Shown: positions 37,114 to 48,741, numbered from the stretch's first letter. The stretch is 64,000 bases of DNA from a virus (IMGVR_UViG_3300040801_000976:1-64000), one strand, 5' to 3'. Program-made: numbers and translations. The notes: generated by a model from the sequence alone, not told the origin.

Positions 37114-39123
37114 ATGAAACTAGTAAAAGTTTACAAGAAAAATAATGCTGTCTTAATAGAACAAGATGGTAAAGATACCATATACATAAATCCCGACGAC
37201 GCGAGACTTTTGGTGTCTAAGGGGTTCTTAATGATACATGATGGTCAGTCAGGTAAGAGTTTTGAGTTAGGTCCTTATACCAACATCAGGACGGAAGCTA
37301 ATTCTGCATTCTCTTCTTACGACCAGTGCTTTGATTACTTAGTGTCTTCATTAGAGACAGCGGGCGCTATCACCTTAGACTCTGGAAGAATAACTGTACA
37401 AAACCCTCTACCCTCAGACGGCGATTCGATTTATGCTAAAGATATAGATGTAGCTAATAGTACGGTTACGGGGTGGGTAGATGATTTGGATGCGGAAGTA
37501 AGTAATAATGTGTTAATACCATTCACGGACTTACATACTACTGTTAAGAATACAAGTTCCAGTAATCCTAAGACGCTATTAATTCATTTTAACAGAAGTA
37601 TTAATGCGCATCAGGTTGGTTTAGGTTGTTATGACGATACGTACAACTTTTCAAACATAGTGGTAAAACTATTAGGTAGTTCTGGTACAGTTCGGTATGT
37701 AAAAGATTTATCGTCCGACAATACTAAGTATAATAGTACTAACATACAATTCGAGCCACAACTCTTTAATGCATTGTTACTGGAGTTTCATACTACGGAT
37801 CCAGTTGCTATATCAAACATCACTGTACAAAAAGCAGAGGTGGTTGAAGCTACACTTAAGGGATGTACCGATGCAGGAGATACAGAATTTGTTAAAACTT
37901 CTATACTAGGTAATTTACGCGTTGCATTGGCAGAATATCAAGGTGATGCTTTCGGTAGGTTACGTGTATCCGAACCATATACGATAGCGGACCATACCAT
38001 GGTTTATGAGGATGCAGTAAGTCTTTTCTGGAGTAACAGAGCTGAAGGTGTGGGGTCATTGATTACTTGGGATAAAGCTACATCCAAACAAACATTATCA
38101 GTAACCAGCAATGGTGAATGGGCTGCTAGTCAAACTAAACAGAGATTCACTTACCAGAGTGGTAAAAGCCATGAATTGTTGGTAACTGGTATATTTTCAC
38201 CGGAAGTTGATGTAGAAAAGTACGTTGGTTACTGTGATTTAGATAATTATAATGCACCTGTTATAGACGGCAACATTAAGAACGGCATAGCTATGTGTTC
38301 CAAAGAGGCTGGCGTGTATTTCCAGATATACAATAATGGCGTACTGGTCGAGGAGGTCGAAAGGGCTAACTGGAATTTCGATAAGTTGGACGGTAATGGG
38401 CCTTCTGGCATGACATTAAATATGTTATATGGTCAGATTGTTTTTATGGATCTGGAATGGTTAGGTTTAGGAACTGTACGCGCAGGGTTTGCTTTAAATG
38501 GAACTATTATAAATTGTCATCTATTTCATCACGCGAACGTACTGTCCCAAGATGTATATATGCGCACCGCTAACCTACCCATAATGTATATGATAAAATC
38601 CACGGGCGGTTCTGGTAGTATGAAGCAGATTTGTAATACAGTTATATCAGAGGGTGGTTTTAATCCTGAAGGAAACAAGCCATCTATAGTGAGTAACGGA
38701 GCTATTAGTGTTTTATCTGGCGACGAGGAATTAGTTTTAGGTATAAGGTTAAAAGAAGCTTCCTTCGACGCAACAGTTATACCTCTGGCAGTAAAGATAA
38801 TTAACTTACTTGATGCTTCCGGAGAAGTGACGTTAGGTTTTAATCCTACGTACACGGGCACTGTGACATGGACCGATTTACCAACTTCTAGCATACAAGT
38901 GGCTTATAATAATAATAATGAAGTAACGGACAGAGGTTTAATACAGTTCGCTGATTTTGTTGGAGCTTCAAAACAAAGCACGGGAACTATATCAGGTCAG
39001 GTAGCCTCTTCCGTGAAGATAGGTAAAGACCTGTATGGTAATTACGATGAATTATGGGTTATGTTTAAAGCTGATGGCGATTCTAGTGTAAAAGGTATAC
39101 TTGAAATTAAAGATTTATTATAA
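37114..39123 (+). CDS. Putative structural/appendage protein
   Basis: DAFGRLRVSEP, F.YQSGKS, WN.D.LDG.GPSG, EWLG.G.VR.GF motifs. Confidence 0.7.
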   Translation: MKLVKVYKKNNAVLIEQDGKDTIYINPDDARLLVSKGFLMIHDGQSGKSFELGPYTNIRTEANSAFSSYDQCFDYLVSSLETAGAITLDSGRITVQNPLPSDGDSIYAKDIDVANSTVTGWVDDLDAEVSNNVLIPFTDLHTTVKNTSSSNPKTLLIHFNRSINAHQVGLGCYDDTYNFSNIVVKLLGSSGTVRYVKDLSSDNTKYNSTNIQFEPQLFNALLLEFHTTDPVAISNITVQKAEVVEATLKGCTDAGDTEFVKTSILGNLRVALAEYQGDAFGRLRVSEPYTIADHTMVYEDAVSLFWSNRAEGVGSLITWDKATSKQTLSVTSNGEWAASQTKQRFTYQSGKSHELLVTGIFSPEVDVEKYVGYCDLDNYNAPVIDGNIKNGIAMCSKEAGVYFQIYNNGVLVEEVERANWNFDKLDGNGPSGMTLNMLYGQIVFMDLEWLGLGTVRAGFALNGTIINCHLFHHANVLSQDVYMRTANLPIMYMIKSTGGSGSMKQICNTVISEGGFNPEGNKPSIVSNGAISVLSGDEELVLGIRLKEASFDATVIPLAVKIINLLDASGEVTLGFNPTYTGTVTWTDLPTSSIQVAYNNNNEVTDRGLIQFADFVGASKQSTGTISGQVASSVKIGKDLYGNYDELWVMFKADGDSSVKGILEIKDLL

Positions 39124-39130
39124 GATACGT

Positions 39131-39298
39131 ATGAAAGAAACTATAAAAAAGATAAAAAAGTTAAGAATATTACTTAGAGATAAAAGTTTTCGTAAATGGT
39201 TATTTATAATCTTAACTTTTTTTACTATAATACTTAGAGAGGTAGAGATAGTACCATTTTTATACCTGGCCTCTGTTATTTATCTACTTAAAGATTAA
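39131..39298 (+). CDS. Small membrane protein (uncertain)
   Basis: Basic N-terminus plus two hydrophobic stretches; contains a promoter motif. Confidence 0.35.
   Translation: MKETIKKIKKLRILLRDKSFRKWLFIILTFFTIILREVEIVPFLYLASVIYLLKD
39221..39233 (+). promoter_or_regulatory. TTTACTATAATAC candidate late promoter
   Basis: Exact motif copy upstream of 39310. Confidence 0.6.
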
Positions 39299-39309
39299 TA
39301 CTTATATAC

Positions 39310-42300
39310 ATGAGATCTAGTAACAATAAAAAGTTTTTATTCAACTCACTTCCTGGTAAGAGAAGTTACGGAGGTATTATATTTTATACCACGCGTTATG
39401 GGGAGTTTAATCCGACAGCTGTAACTAATGACGGAACTTCTGTGACTTGGTCTGTTTCTGGCTATGAGCCCCAAACAACCAACACACCGTCCTTTACTCT
39501 AGGAGCTGGGTTAAAAACTGTAACTCTAATACCTAATACACCGGAAAGTCTTATAGAGTTAGATCTGTCTAATCAAGCTATTTTAAAGGGATTTAGTATA
39601 AGATCGGCTCCAAACCTAGAAAACCTATACTTAAATAATAATATCGATCTAACATCAGTATCTGTAAATATTCAGGGCGATGTAGGTGTGAAAGTATATC
39701 TGGCTAATTCCGGCATTCTTTCTTTTTATAATCTAGGTAATTTACGCGGTTTGGATATTAGTAATACACCTATAACATCGCTTTCTTCTTTGGTATCTGG
39801 TACCGAGGGTGCTTTTTTTAAGGCGCAAAATGTACAATCTATCACTAACGTAGATCTCAGTAATTATGTAGTAACGGAGTTGTTGAACCTTCAGGATAGT
39901 TCTATAGTTAATCTTACCGGCCTCTCTTTTATAGATGGTGATCCGGACTATCTCACTGAATTTCGATTGAAAAACTCGGTGCTTAGTACTACTTTACCAC
40001 CATTGAGTGTCACGCTTGCACTAGATCTAGAAAATACGGGTATTAAAGACGTTACCTTTCTTTATTTGGACACAGCTTCTACGTCAGGTCCATATAACAC
40101 TGATTACGTATCATTTAAGGATAATGATCTATCGTCAGCTGAAGTAAATACTATATTAAATAAGTTAACAACAGAAAACATAGAAAATGCCACTATAGAT
40201 GTAAGTGGTATTAATTCAGTACTTGATGGTGATGCGGGTGGATTAGATGGATGGGCATTGGTAAACTCTTTAGAAGCTAGAGGTAATACTGTGCTGTTTA
40301 ATTATAACGCAGCTTCTTTGTATTCGGGCACGACGGGTAATTTACGTATGACTGTTTATACCACTGATACCTCTGATGTACGAGTAAATATAAATGGTAC
40401 TTATGTCCAGACAATAAGCGGCGGTACAGTTTTATCTGTAGAAGAAGGTGATTTTATAGAGTTTATACCCGAACGATTAAACTACTTCACGGGCCTATAC
40501 CATAACGCTGGGTTAGATGCCGGAGCAATAAGAGGTACTTTAGATATATCGAATACCTACATAAATGAAGTAGTGTTACCAGAGCCTCTACCTAACTTAA
40601 ATAGTGTAAACTTATCTTCCCAATCAACACAGCAGTTAATATTTACCTCAGATCTCGGTGCTATGTATAACATTAGTGCGGATACTGCGGGAAGAGTATC
40701 AGCTATTATGACGATATCCAACGCATCTAGATTAAATAATATTGATTTTGGTGAAGTACCAACTCAAATAGATTTTTTAAATATACCCAACCTACAGTCC
40801 ATTACAAACCTACATCTTTTTAATAGTTTGGTAATGACCGACGTACCTTTATCTGCCGGACTAACTGTTACATCAGGAACAGACATTGATTTCTCAATCA
40901 ACAATAGTTTGTTATCTTCCCTTGATTTATCTGATGTAACGCTAAATTCTCTAGAGTTAAGTGATAATTTATCATTAAGTACTTTAGTTGTACCAAGCGG
41001 TACCTATAACGTTGACATAGATAACTGTGAGGCTCTAGTATCAGCGGATTTTTCCGGTGTACAAGTAGTCTCCTTATTTAGGTTCACGGATGGTACTGCT
41101 CCTAGTCTAACATTACCATCAGTAATCGCAGATGCTTCGGAAATTCATTTAGAGAATAACTCTTTTAGCCCTGCTGCTGTAAATAATTATCTGCAACAAC
41201 TAGATGCAACTGGTATATCAAGCGGAACCATTTACTTAAATGGTACTAACGATGTAGCAGATACTGTATCCGGTGGTATAGATGGTATACTGTATAAAGA
41301 AAATTTGGAATCTAGAGGTAATACTGTTTATTGTGATGTAGCACCAGAGACTCTTAGTTTTACAACTGTAAAGAACGGAGAGGTATTATTAGATATTACA
41401 CCGTCTGTATCATGGTCAACGGATAAGGGTCATAGCGGCGTTGGTAATCCTTCGTTCACAAACGATGGTACTGCAACCGTTATTACATTAAATGTAGTCG
41501 ACTTAGAGGATATATTGAGTCTTCAATTCGCGAATCAAGGATTGGTTGGTAGTGTTGACCTTTCTGGTCTTACTAACCTGAGCGTTTTGGATTTATCGGG
41601 TAACGCAATAACTTCGGTTCTAAACCTGGAAACTACGTCGCTAGAGTCGTTGACGTTAGATAATACATCAATAATCTCACTAGATTTATCGTCTTGTTCT
41701 AATTCGGTAGAACCTGTTACACTAATAAGTTTGGTAGATATTCCTAGTCTAACCTCCCTGCAACTATTTTCGGGTGCCGTACAGGAGGTACAGGATTTAT
41801 CAATACAAGATACAGGTATTAATTCCATAGACTTATCATTTGTAGATATAGTTTTACGAGTATCAATTACTGGCGGAAGTGTAACATCTATAACGGAGTT
41901 GACCGCGTCTGCTATGATTGAATCGTGCGAAGTAGATTCTACGTCTATTACCTCGTTGAACCTAAATGGTTTAACATCTGATTATATAAAGATAACCAAT
42001 AATGACACTTTGTCGAGTGTGACGGGATTTCCTTCAGGTGTAAGGATGATAGATGGTTTGGATATCTACAATAACAATTTAACGTCTGTTCTTGATTTAA
42101 ACAATGTACAGATCTCAGACCATGTAGATTTCAGCAACAACACGTTATTGACCGGTATAACAAATCTAAGAGGTTATTTGACAACCAGTCCTATATCTAT
42201 AAACGGAGATAATTGTTCGTCATTAACCACACTTAACTTAGTAGATGTCACGTTAACAGGTACATTATCGTTACAAAATACGACCTCACTAACTACTTTA

Positions 42301-44256
42301 AGTAACTTGTCAGATAACGGTAATACTGTTATTATTGACTTACGTGGTACGGGCCTAACGTCTGTGGATCTTAGTAATGTTACTATAAACGATATCTTTA
42401 ACGCCAGTAACTCCGATTTGGAGACTATTACGGGAATGTCTATTGCTGTAAACTCCGTGATGGATATGGATGTGGATATTAGTAACGCTAATCTACAAGG
42501 GAGTTTATCCATCGAATTACAATCTGGTTACCTAAATTTATCAGGTAATTCCGGTCTAACTGCTTTGGTAGATACTAATGTTACAGCAAAAACTTTAGTA
42601 CCGAATCTATCCAACACCTCGATATCAGACATTAATTTTCCAAATGCTTACCTTGTAGGAGATTGTTTGTTTGAGACAATGGACATAGATTCTATAAGTG
42701 TGCAAGGTATTTCTGATGACCCAGGAATTAGTACTAGTATATCTTTTAGAGACGGACTAACTTCTGTCGCAGGTAATAATAATATACTATCCACGCTAGA
42801 CGGTGAGGCGTATGCAGGATCAACAGTTGATTTTACTAATTCTCTATATGGATATGATTCTACATCTGGCGGAGTAGATGGCAAGACGGCGTATAATAAT
42901 CTGGTTGCTGCTTCCGTAGTTATAGTGGGATTATACCAAACATTCAAATTTACTACTACTTATAACGGTAATATTGCACCATTCATATCGTTTGTTGTCG
43001 GGTCACCAAGTGTTGTATGGATGGTGGATGGTAACTCTTACACGGGCAGTAATCCATCATTACCGATAACGGGAGTCAGTACAGATGTATTCTTTACGAT
43101 AAAGTCTAGTGAACCAATAAATAGCCTGAGACTAAACGGCATGGGTTTAACAGCGTTTGAAAACCCTAACCTAATAATGACTGGTGAATTAAATATTAGT
43201 AATAATTCCTCACTGAGTAGTTTTTCTATAGGTCACGGTACCTCTGGACTAGACTTAAATGTCAGTTCGACAGCCATAACTACAGTAGGAGGACTGGCAT
43301 TCCCAAAAATAAAGAATAGGTTATTAGCCCAAACTTGCGCTTCTGTCACTACTTTATCGGCAATATCTCAAGATAATCCTATAGAACTTAGATTAACGGG
43401 AACGCAACTTGTATCAGCGGATTTATCAAATGTAGATTTCTATAGAATTGAATTAAAGAGTAATAGTTTACTAACTACTATAGCAAATATAACATCTACT
43501 TATGTAGGTCAGGTAATTGGAGATTTCTCCAATAATGATTTAACGGGTAATATTAGTTTCGCCAACCTTGATTGGAGTTATTTAAACCTAAATAATAATC
43601 CAAATCTCGGTATCTTTGGTGATTTAATATCTACCGCAGGTACTTTGGAATTAGCGAATACATCTAGACCGTCTACATTAAACTTGACTGCTTTTGTACT
43701 AAGTAATAACGGAACACTAAATATAAAAAACAATACATCTGTAACAAGTCTTACACTACCAGATACTAACAATTACTTTGCACTAGATGCATCTAATTGT
43801 TCAATAAGTACTATTAGTAGAGCTGTTAGTGGTACACCAAATATAACTAATTATCTGTTATTACCAAACAATGCGTTGGCAGCTTATCCTACTTTTAACA
43901 CGGCTAGTAATATACGTATGGACATTAGTGGTATTAGTACGATATCAGGTTCATTAGATATCAGTGGTAATTTATTCAAGACGTCGGTAAATATGTCTGG
44001 ACTAGGTGCCTTAACGGATTTGATAGTAACTAATTCTATATTCAGTGCTGGCACACTCATTGATCTTAGTGATAGTGTGCCTGTTGTAGACAATGTAAAT
44101 AAAATATTATATAATATGTCTCAGACAAATATATTTAATTGTACAATAGATATAAGTGGTACCAATCCAGCTCCGGACGCAACTTCCGGAGGATTCGACG
44201 GATTGGCTGCTGTAGTGGCTTTGGAGTCTAATGGTAATACAATAATAACATCATGA
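39310..44256 (+). CDS. Large leucine-rich-repeat protein (1648 aa, four LRR modules)
   Basis: LxxLDLSxN repeats; a cap motif VN.IL..L...TID.SG.N...D..SGG.DG...LE.RGNTV recurs four times. Confidence 0.8.
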   Translation: MRSSNNKKFLFNSLPGKRSYGGIIFYTTRYGEFNPTAVTNDGTSVTWSVSGYEPQTTNTPSFTLGAGLKTVTLIPNTPESLIELDLSNQAILKGFSIRSAPNLENLYLNNNIDLTSVSVNIQGDVGVKVYLANSGILSFYNLGNLRGLDISNTPITSLSSLVSGTEGAFFKAQNVQSITNVDLSNYVVTELLNLQDSSIVNLTGLSFIDGDPDYLTEFRLKNSVLSTTLPPLSVTLALDLENTGIKDVTFLYLDTASTSGPYNTDYVSFKDNDLSSAEVNTILNKLTTENIENATIDVSGINSVLDGDAGGLDGWALVNSLEARGNTVLFNYNAASLYSGTTGNLRMTVYTTDTSDVRVNINGTYVQTISGGTVLSVEEGDFIEFIPERLNYFTGLYHNAGLDAGAIRGTLDISNTYINEVVLPEPLPNLNSVNLSSQSTQQLIFTSDLGAMYNISADTAGRVSAIMTISNASRLNNIDFGEVPTQIDFLNIPNLQSITNLHLFNSLVMTDVPLSAGLTVTSGTDIDFSINNSLLSSLDLSDVTLNSLELSDNLSLSTLVVPSGTYNVDIDNCEALVSADFSGVQVVSLFRFTDGTAPSLTLPSVIADASEIHLENNSFSPAAVNNYLQQLDATGISSGTIYLNGTNDVADTVSGGIDGILYKENLESRGNTVYCDVAPETLSFTTVKNGEVLLDITPSVSWSTDKGHSGVGNPSFTNDGTATVITLNVVDLEDILSLQFANQGLVGSVDLSGLTNLSVLDLSGNAITSVLNLETTSLESLTLDNTSIISLDLSSCSNSVEPVTLISLVDIPSLTSLQLFSGAVQEVQDLSIQDTGINSIDLSFVDIVLRVSITGGSVTSITELTASAMIESCEVDSTSITSLNLNGLTSDYIKITNNDTLSSVTGFPSGVRMIDGLDIYNNNLTSVLDLNNVQISDHVDFSNNTLLTGITNLRGYLTTSPISINGDNCSSLTTLNLVDVTLTGTLSLQNTTSLTTLSNLSDNGNTVIIDLRGTGLTSVDLSNVTINDIFNASNSDLETITGMSIAVNSVMDMDVDISNANLQGSLSIELQSGYLNLSGNSGLTALVDTNVTAKTLVPNLSNTSISDINFPNAYLVGDCLFETMDIDSISVQGISDDPGISTSISFRDGLTSVAGNNNILSTLDGEAYAGSTVDFTNSLYGYDSTSGGVDGKTAYNNLVAASVVIVGLYQTFKFTTTYNGNIAPFISFVVGSPSVVWMVDGNSYTGSNPSLPITGVSTDVFFTIKSSEPINSLRLNGMGLTAFENPNLIMTGELNISNNSSLSSFSIGHGTSGLDLNVSSTAITTVGGLAFPKIKNRLLAQTCASVTTLSAISQDNPIELRLTGTQLVSADLSNVDFYRIELKSNSLLTTIANITSTYVGQVIGDFSNNDLTGNISFANLDWSYLNLNNNPNLGIFGDLISTAGTLELANTSRPSTLNLTAFVLSNNGTLNIKNNTSVTSLTLPDTNNYFALDASNCSISTISRAVSGTPNITNYLLLPNNALAAYPTFNTASNIRMDISGISTISGSLDISGNLFKTSVNMSGLGALTDLIVTNSIFSAGTLIDLSDSVPVVDNVNKILYNMSQTNIFNCTIDISGTNPAPDATSGGFDGLAAVVALESNGNTIITS

Positions 44257-46439
44257 GTTTAATAAAAATAGATAGTAATATAAACTTTCTTGAAATTACG
44301 TATCCGGACGGTAGAAAAGAGTATTTTAATTATTTCCTAACAAAGAGGTTATTGTATGACGACGTAGATGATATGGTTATACTCGTTATGGCGGATGGTA
44401 ATACTAAAGAATTATATTATAAAAAAATAACAATACCGCTATATGACGATATACCGTTTTCTACAGGAACGGCCCTACTATCTTACCTAGCTTCGTTATA
44501 CGGCTTTGAGTTAGATGAAGGACAAACGTCAATAGAACTACAGAATGTATTTTCTAGTAAGATTGTGGAGAAGGATGGTCTTTATTACTATCCCGACTTA
44601 TCTGGAAATGGTAATGATATACAGATTAAAAATACCCAAATAGCCACCCTTGACGGAAATGTTTACCTAAAATCTGATTACAACCTAACCCTAAGAGGGA
44701 TTACAGTAGAAGAATTTATAGGCACTTCAACACCAACTATTGATGGTTTTAATATAACTTTTACAGCCGGAACAGCTATCTATATGAAGCTTTCTAATGG
44801 TGCTGAGTATTGGTTTCAGGCAAGTAATGGTATAAAGGTTTACGATTTGAATGGTATTACACCTGACTTTATAGTTGCGCAAGATGTACTTTCCACCCCA
44901 CCAACCCAAATAGGTAGCGATTGGGGCTTTGAGGACAGAACTACTTATGGAAACGATTTAACAATAAAAAATACACAGGTAGCTAAATTTAACGGTATAG
45001 CATTCATAACAGGTAACTTTACAGGTTACACTATTTCATCACAAGAAGGTACGGCAACAGCCACAAAAACTAATGACAGCAGAATTGATGTAACATCAGG
45101 ATTGATTTATTCAATAACAATAACCAACGGAACGTTCACGCTAACTTGGTATGCTCAGGAGAGTGATTTTGGAGAGCTATATTTTGCTGATGATTTAGGT
45201 AACACTTTGATTGCTCAATTAGATACCGCAAATTTAGAAGATATTTGGTCTGAGGTTTCAAGTTTGCCATATCCTGCTTTATCTGCAAAAGGGTATTCAA
45301 AATATTTAATTTGCAAAACAGCTGGTACAACAGCACATTTAGCAGAACCTGATAAAAGTAATTTAGGTAGTGAATTAGTTGTTAATGGGATGTTTGATAC
45401 TGACAGTAATTGGATAAAAGACGCTGGATGGTCGATTTCAGGCGGTGTTGCTAGTTGTGATGGAACTAATAGTGCTGCTATTAAACAAGTAATACCTGAA
45501 TTATTAGGTAGTAATTATAAACTTACATTTGACATAACCCAATATGTTTCCGGGTCAATAACTGCTTATTTGCCTTTTGGTACTTTTAATCTTGGAAATT
45601 ATTCTGAAGACGGTACTTATACACTTATAGTTATAGTCGGTTCTCTTCCAACCTTAGATTTATATTTTAAGTCAAACTCATTTGTTGGCTCAATTGATAA
45701 TATCTCAGTAAAAGAAATTCAGCCTATTGATTTAACAGCTCAGGAAAATACTTGGGAGTTTAGTTTTAAACTTAATAACGGTTCAATTAATCATTTTGTA
45801 TCAATATTTACTGATAATATTGATTGGTTAAATGGTTTTGGTTGTTATCTTAATTTAAGAACTGTAAATGGTGCGTTTCAATTATCTGAAAGAAATGGTT
45901 CTGGGGTACTTTTTATAACTGATAATAATTATATTGATATTAACCAATATTATACATTAAAAATTATACGTTCTACATTAGGTGAATTTACTGCTTATAT
46001 AAAAGGTAATAAGTTTGGAAATGATTATGTTTTAGTTGATACAACTGGTGGTTATGGAACAAATCCCGTGATTGGAAACACACATACAACATCTAAATTT
46101 ATGGTTATAGATAATAACGCTGGTGATAAAGTTTCTAATATTAAATTTAATAATGAAAGTTATGATGTTAGTAATTTTGTTGATAATACAGGCTCTTATG
46201 GCGTTCAAAAAGTGATAGCAGCATCAGAATTATTAGATGCTAAAGGAAATGAATTAGAAATACCCGCAAACGTGGTAAGTAATTCAGGTAACACCTACGA
46301 TGGGTTGCAAGTAACAGGCAAAGAAACAGACGCTACTTATGGTGATATTTATGAAATTGAAAACTCAGTAAATGTTGAAATAACCAAGACAGCAAATAAG
46401 CAAATGGGATATGTTGAACGAATAAAAATTAAACAATAA
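44253..46439 (+). CDS. Modular fibre/appendage protein (LamG/CBM-like modules)
   Basis: DLSGNGND, LGSELVVNG.FDTDS.W, GSIDNISVKEI motifs. Confidence 0.7.
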   Translation: MSLIKIDSNINFLEITYPDGRKEYFNYFLTKRLLYDDVDDMVILVMADGNTKELYYKKITIPLYDDIPFSTGTALLSYLASLYGFELDEGQTSIELQNVFSSKIVEKDGLYYYPDLSGNGNDIQIKNTQIATLDGNVYLKSDYNLTLRGITVEEFIGTSTPTIDGFNITFTAGTAIYMKLSNGAEYWFQASNGIKVYDLNGITPDFIVAQDVLSTPPTQIGSDWGFEDRTTYGNDLTIKNTQVAKFNGIAFITGNFTGYTISSQEGTATATKTNDSRIDVTSGLIYSITITNGTFTLTWYAQESDFGELYFADDLGNTLIAQLDTANLEDIWSEVSSLPYPALSAKGYSKYLICKTAGTTAHLAEPDKSNLGSELVVNGMFDTDSNWIKDAGWSISGGVASCDGTNSAAIKQVIPELLGSNYKLTFDITQYVSGSITAYLPFGTFNLGNYSEDGTYTLIVIVGSLPTLDLYFKSNSFVGSIDNISVKEIQPIDLTAQENTWEFSFKLNNGSINHFVSIFTDNIDWLNGFGCYLNLRTVNGAFQLSERNGSGVLFITDNNYIDINQYYTLKIIRSTLGEFTAYIKGNKFGNDYVLVDTTGGYGTNPVIGNTHTTSKFMVIDNNAGDKVSNIKFNNESYDVSNFVDNTGSYGVQKVIAASELLDAKGNELEIPANVVSNSGNTYDGLQVTGKETDATYGDIYEIENSVNVEITKTANKQMGYVERIKIKQ

Positions 46440-46786
46440 TGCCGACAACTACGTACACACCGAAAGAGACATTTTTTTTCATAGCGACCCCGGCAATACT
46501 GGGTGCTGTGATACCTGAACAGATAAAATCTGAATTGGGATATGCGCAGGATTACACGCTAAGAGAAACAGCTCAAATAGTAAGGGAAATGGCGGACGGC
46601 AATTTTGCCGTATCAGTTCAATTATGCCCAAACCCTCTATTGCCTAACAAGTGCGTTAACGGATTTATAACCGAACAGGATTTTAACAAAGCCCTGCAAA
46701 ATTATCAAGCATTTGGAATAACCGAATTTTTAACGTTACAAGAGTTTAGGGAATTGGAATTTAAAGGAAACGAAATTTTAGAATAA
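46439..46786 (+). CDS. Hypothetical protein (possible fibre chaperone)
   Basis: ORF track; coupled between two fibre genes. Confidence 0.6.
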   Translation: MPTTTYTPKETFFFIATPAILGAVIPEQIKSELGYAQDYTLRETAQIVREMADGNFAVSVQLCPNPLLPNKCVNGFITEQDFNKALQNYQAFGITEFLTLQEFRELEFKGNEILE

Positions 46787-48696
46787 TGGATTTAACTTTA
46801 TATACAGATGCGACCGAAATATTAACAGAAGATTTATCTCCTGATTCAGTATATTATGGTGCAGAATCAAATAAGCCATTTGCAGCATTAACGTTGTCAA
46901 GTGAACTTGATGCAACTGATTTAGGTTATGTGTCCACTGATGATGCTAACAATCATCTTGCTGCATCTGCTTCTGGATGGGTTGGGCATATTATAAAATT
47001 AGTAACTACAAGTTCAAGCATTACGCAAATATCGGTTACAGCTAAAGGGTATGGTACAGGTGGTGGAACTTCTGATTGCGGATGGAGTATGCATATATGG
47101 AATTTTACAACTGAATCATTTAGCGCAAGTTTAGATTCACATACTACTACAAGTAAAGATACCTTAACGGCTAATATAACTACTAATTTATCTGACTATG
47201 TAGACGCAAGTGGTAATATTTATGTATTACTACAAGCAACAGTAGGTACAGAAGGTGCAGGAAGTGGCAGCTACTTGTATTATGCAGAAAGTACAATATC
47301 CTACCAACAAGATTTAGGTGAAACGGAATTATCAGGAGCAGCGCTAACAGCATTTTGGGCTACTCGATCAGATGCAGCTTTTCCGGCTTTATTGAAGTAC
47401 GGGTATGATGTTTATGCTGAGATAGGGGATTTAACTAATCAAAGTAAGTGGCAATACATTATTCTTACAGAGGGGAAGTCTAAGACCATTGATGTACCTA
47501 CAGGTTATCAGTATTCTCATACAGTACCCCCTCGCTCGGGATTTAGTAACACTGGTAATACATTATTACAGAAGGCTGGAAGCAATGAATTATATGAACA
47601 TTCTGAATCGTATAACCTACAGTGGTATTCCGAGAACTCTAGTAATCCAACTATAATTAACTGGAATACTCTTATGGATTACTTGAGTGGTTCAATTTAC
47701 GAAATAGACAAAACAGCCAATTATATAACTAGGTTTAAAACTGATGACCAGGACGTAGTATCCACTCCACCAACCCAAATAGGCAGCGATTGGGGGTTTG
47801 AAGATGCTACCAGTAATGGTAATGATTTATTGGTTAAAGATGTACAGGTGGGTTATTTTGATGGCATTGTTTCTACGGTTATTTTTGATGATTGGGAGTT
47901 TACTGTTGGCGATGAAATTATAATCAATATAAACCTTGGCGAGGTTGATGATACTCAATATTTTCTTGGAAGAAATGTTACTGGAGATGGCGGAGGTCTG
48001 CGTTATAATAGAAGTAATATATTATTTTTTGCAAACGTTTCTGCAAATAATGGGACTTGGGATTATTTAGCACCAAATAAAATAGTAGAACTTAGATTAG
48101 TTAGGAATACATCGACTGTTTTTGAATTATTTATCGATGGAAGTACATTAGGTGTTATATCATTAAGTGATTCAGTTATTTATTTTAATAGGATTAGTGA
48201 AAGATATGACGGGTACAATTTTAAAGGGTTAATTAGTAGTGTTAAATTAGGAAATGATATTTCATATAATTTCCGAACAGGCGGCGGTACAGAAATTTTT
48301 GACAATTCAGGCAACGGCAATCACGGCACTTTAACAGGAGCGAATTTAGAAAGTTTTTGGGGCACTAAAGTTTCGGGTATTGCAGATGCATTCATTGAAA
48401 ATGGTGGTAAGGTTTACGGAGAAACAGGTGATTTAACCAATAAATCAAAATGGCGATATGTTGTTGCACAGGATGATGGCACTTACTTAACACCAACCAT
48501 AACTGGATATGAAGTAATTGCTACGATTCCACCGGGAGTTATTTCAGATAGCGGTAATACTTTTGACGGATTGCAAGTAGCAGGTTTAGAAACAGGAGCT
48601 ACTTATGCAGATATTGATAATGTTATACCAGAAAATGTTTTGAAATTTGATTATGAAGATAATGTGTTTAAGAGTATGATTAGCTATAAAAAGTAA
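46786..48696 (+). CDS. Modular fibre/appendage protein with a LamG-like domain
   Basis: FKGLISSV...YNF..GGG..IFDNSGNGNHGTL; shares modules with 44253..46439. Confidence 0.7.
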   Translation: MDLTLYTDATEILTEDLSPDSVYYGAESNKPFAALTLSSELDATDLGYVSTDDANNHLAASASGWVGHIIKLVTTSSSITQISVTAKGYGTGGGTSDCGWSMHIWNFTTESFSASLDSHTTTSKDTLTANITTNLSDYVDASGNIYVLLQATVGTEGAGSGSYLYYAESTISYQQDLGETELSGAALTAFWATRSDAAFPALLKYGYDVYAEIGDLTNQSKWQYIILTEGKSKTIDVPTGYQYSHTVPPRSGFSNTGNTLLQKAGSNELYEHSESYNLQWYSENSSNPTIINWNTLMDYLSGSIYEIDKTANYITRFKTDDQDVVSTPPTQIGSDWGFEDATSNGNDLLVKDVQVGYFDGIVSTVIFDDWEFTVGDEIIININLGEVDDTQYFLGRNVTGDGGGLRYNRSNILFFANVSANNGTWDYLAPNKIVELRLVRNTSTVFELFIDGSTLGVISLSDSVIYFNRISERYDGYNFKGLISSVKLGNDISYNFRTGGGTEIFDNSGNGNHGTLTGANLESFWGTKVSGIADAFIENGGKVYGETGDLTNKSKWRYVVAQDDGTYLTPTITGYEVIATIPPGVISDSGNTFDGLQVAGLETGATYADIDNVIPENVLKFDYEDNVFKSMISYKK

Positions 48697-48741
48697 TGTA
48701 TTAAAATTATATATAGTGATATATTTCATTTTTAAAATATT

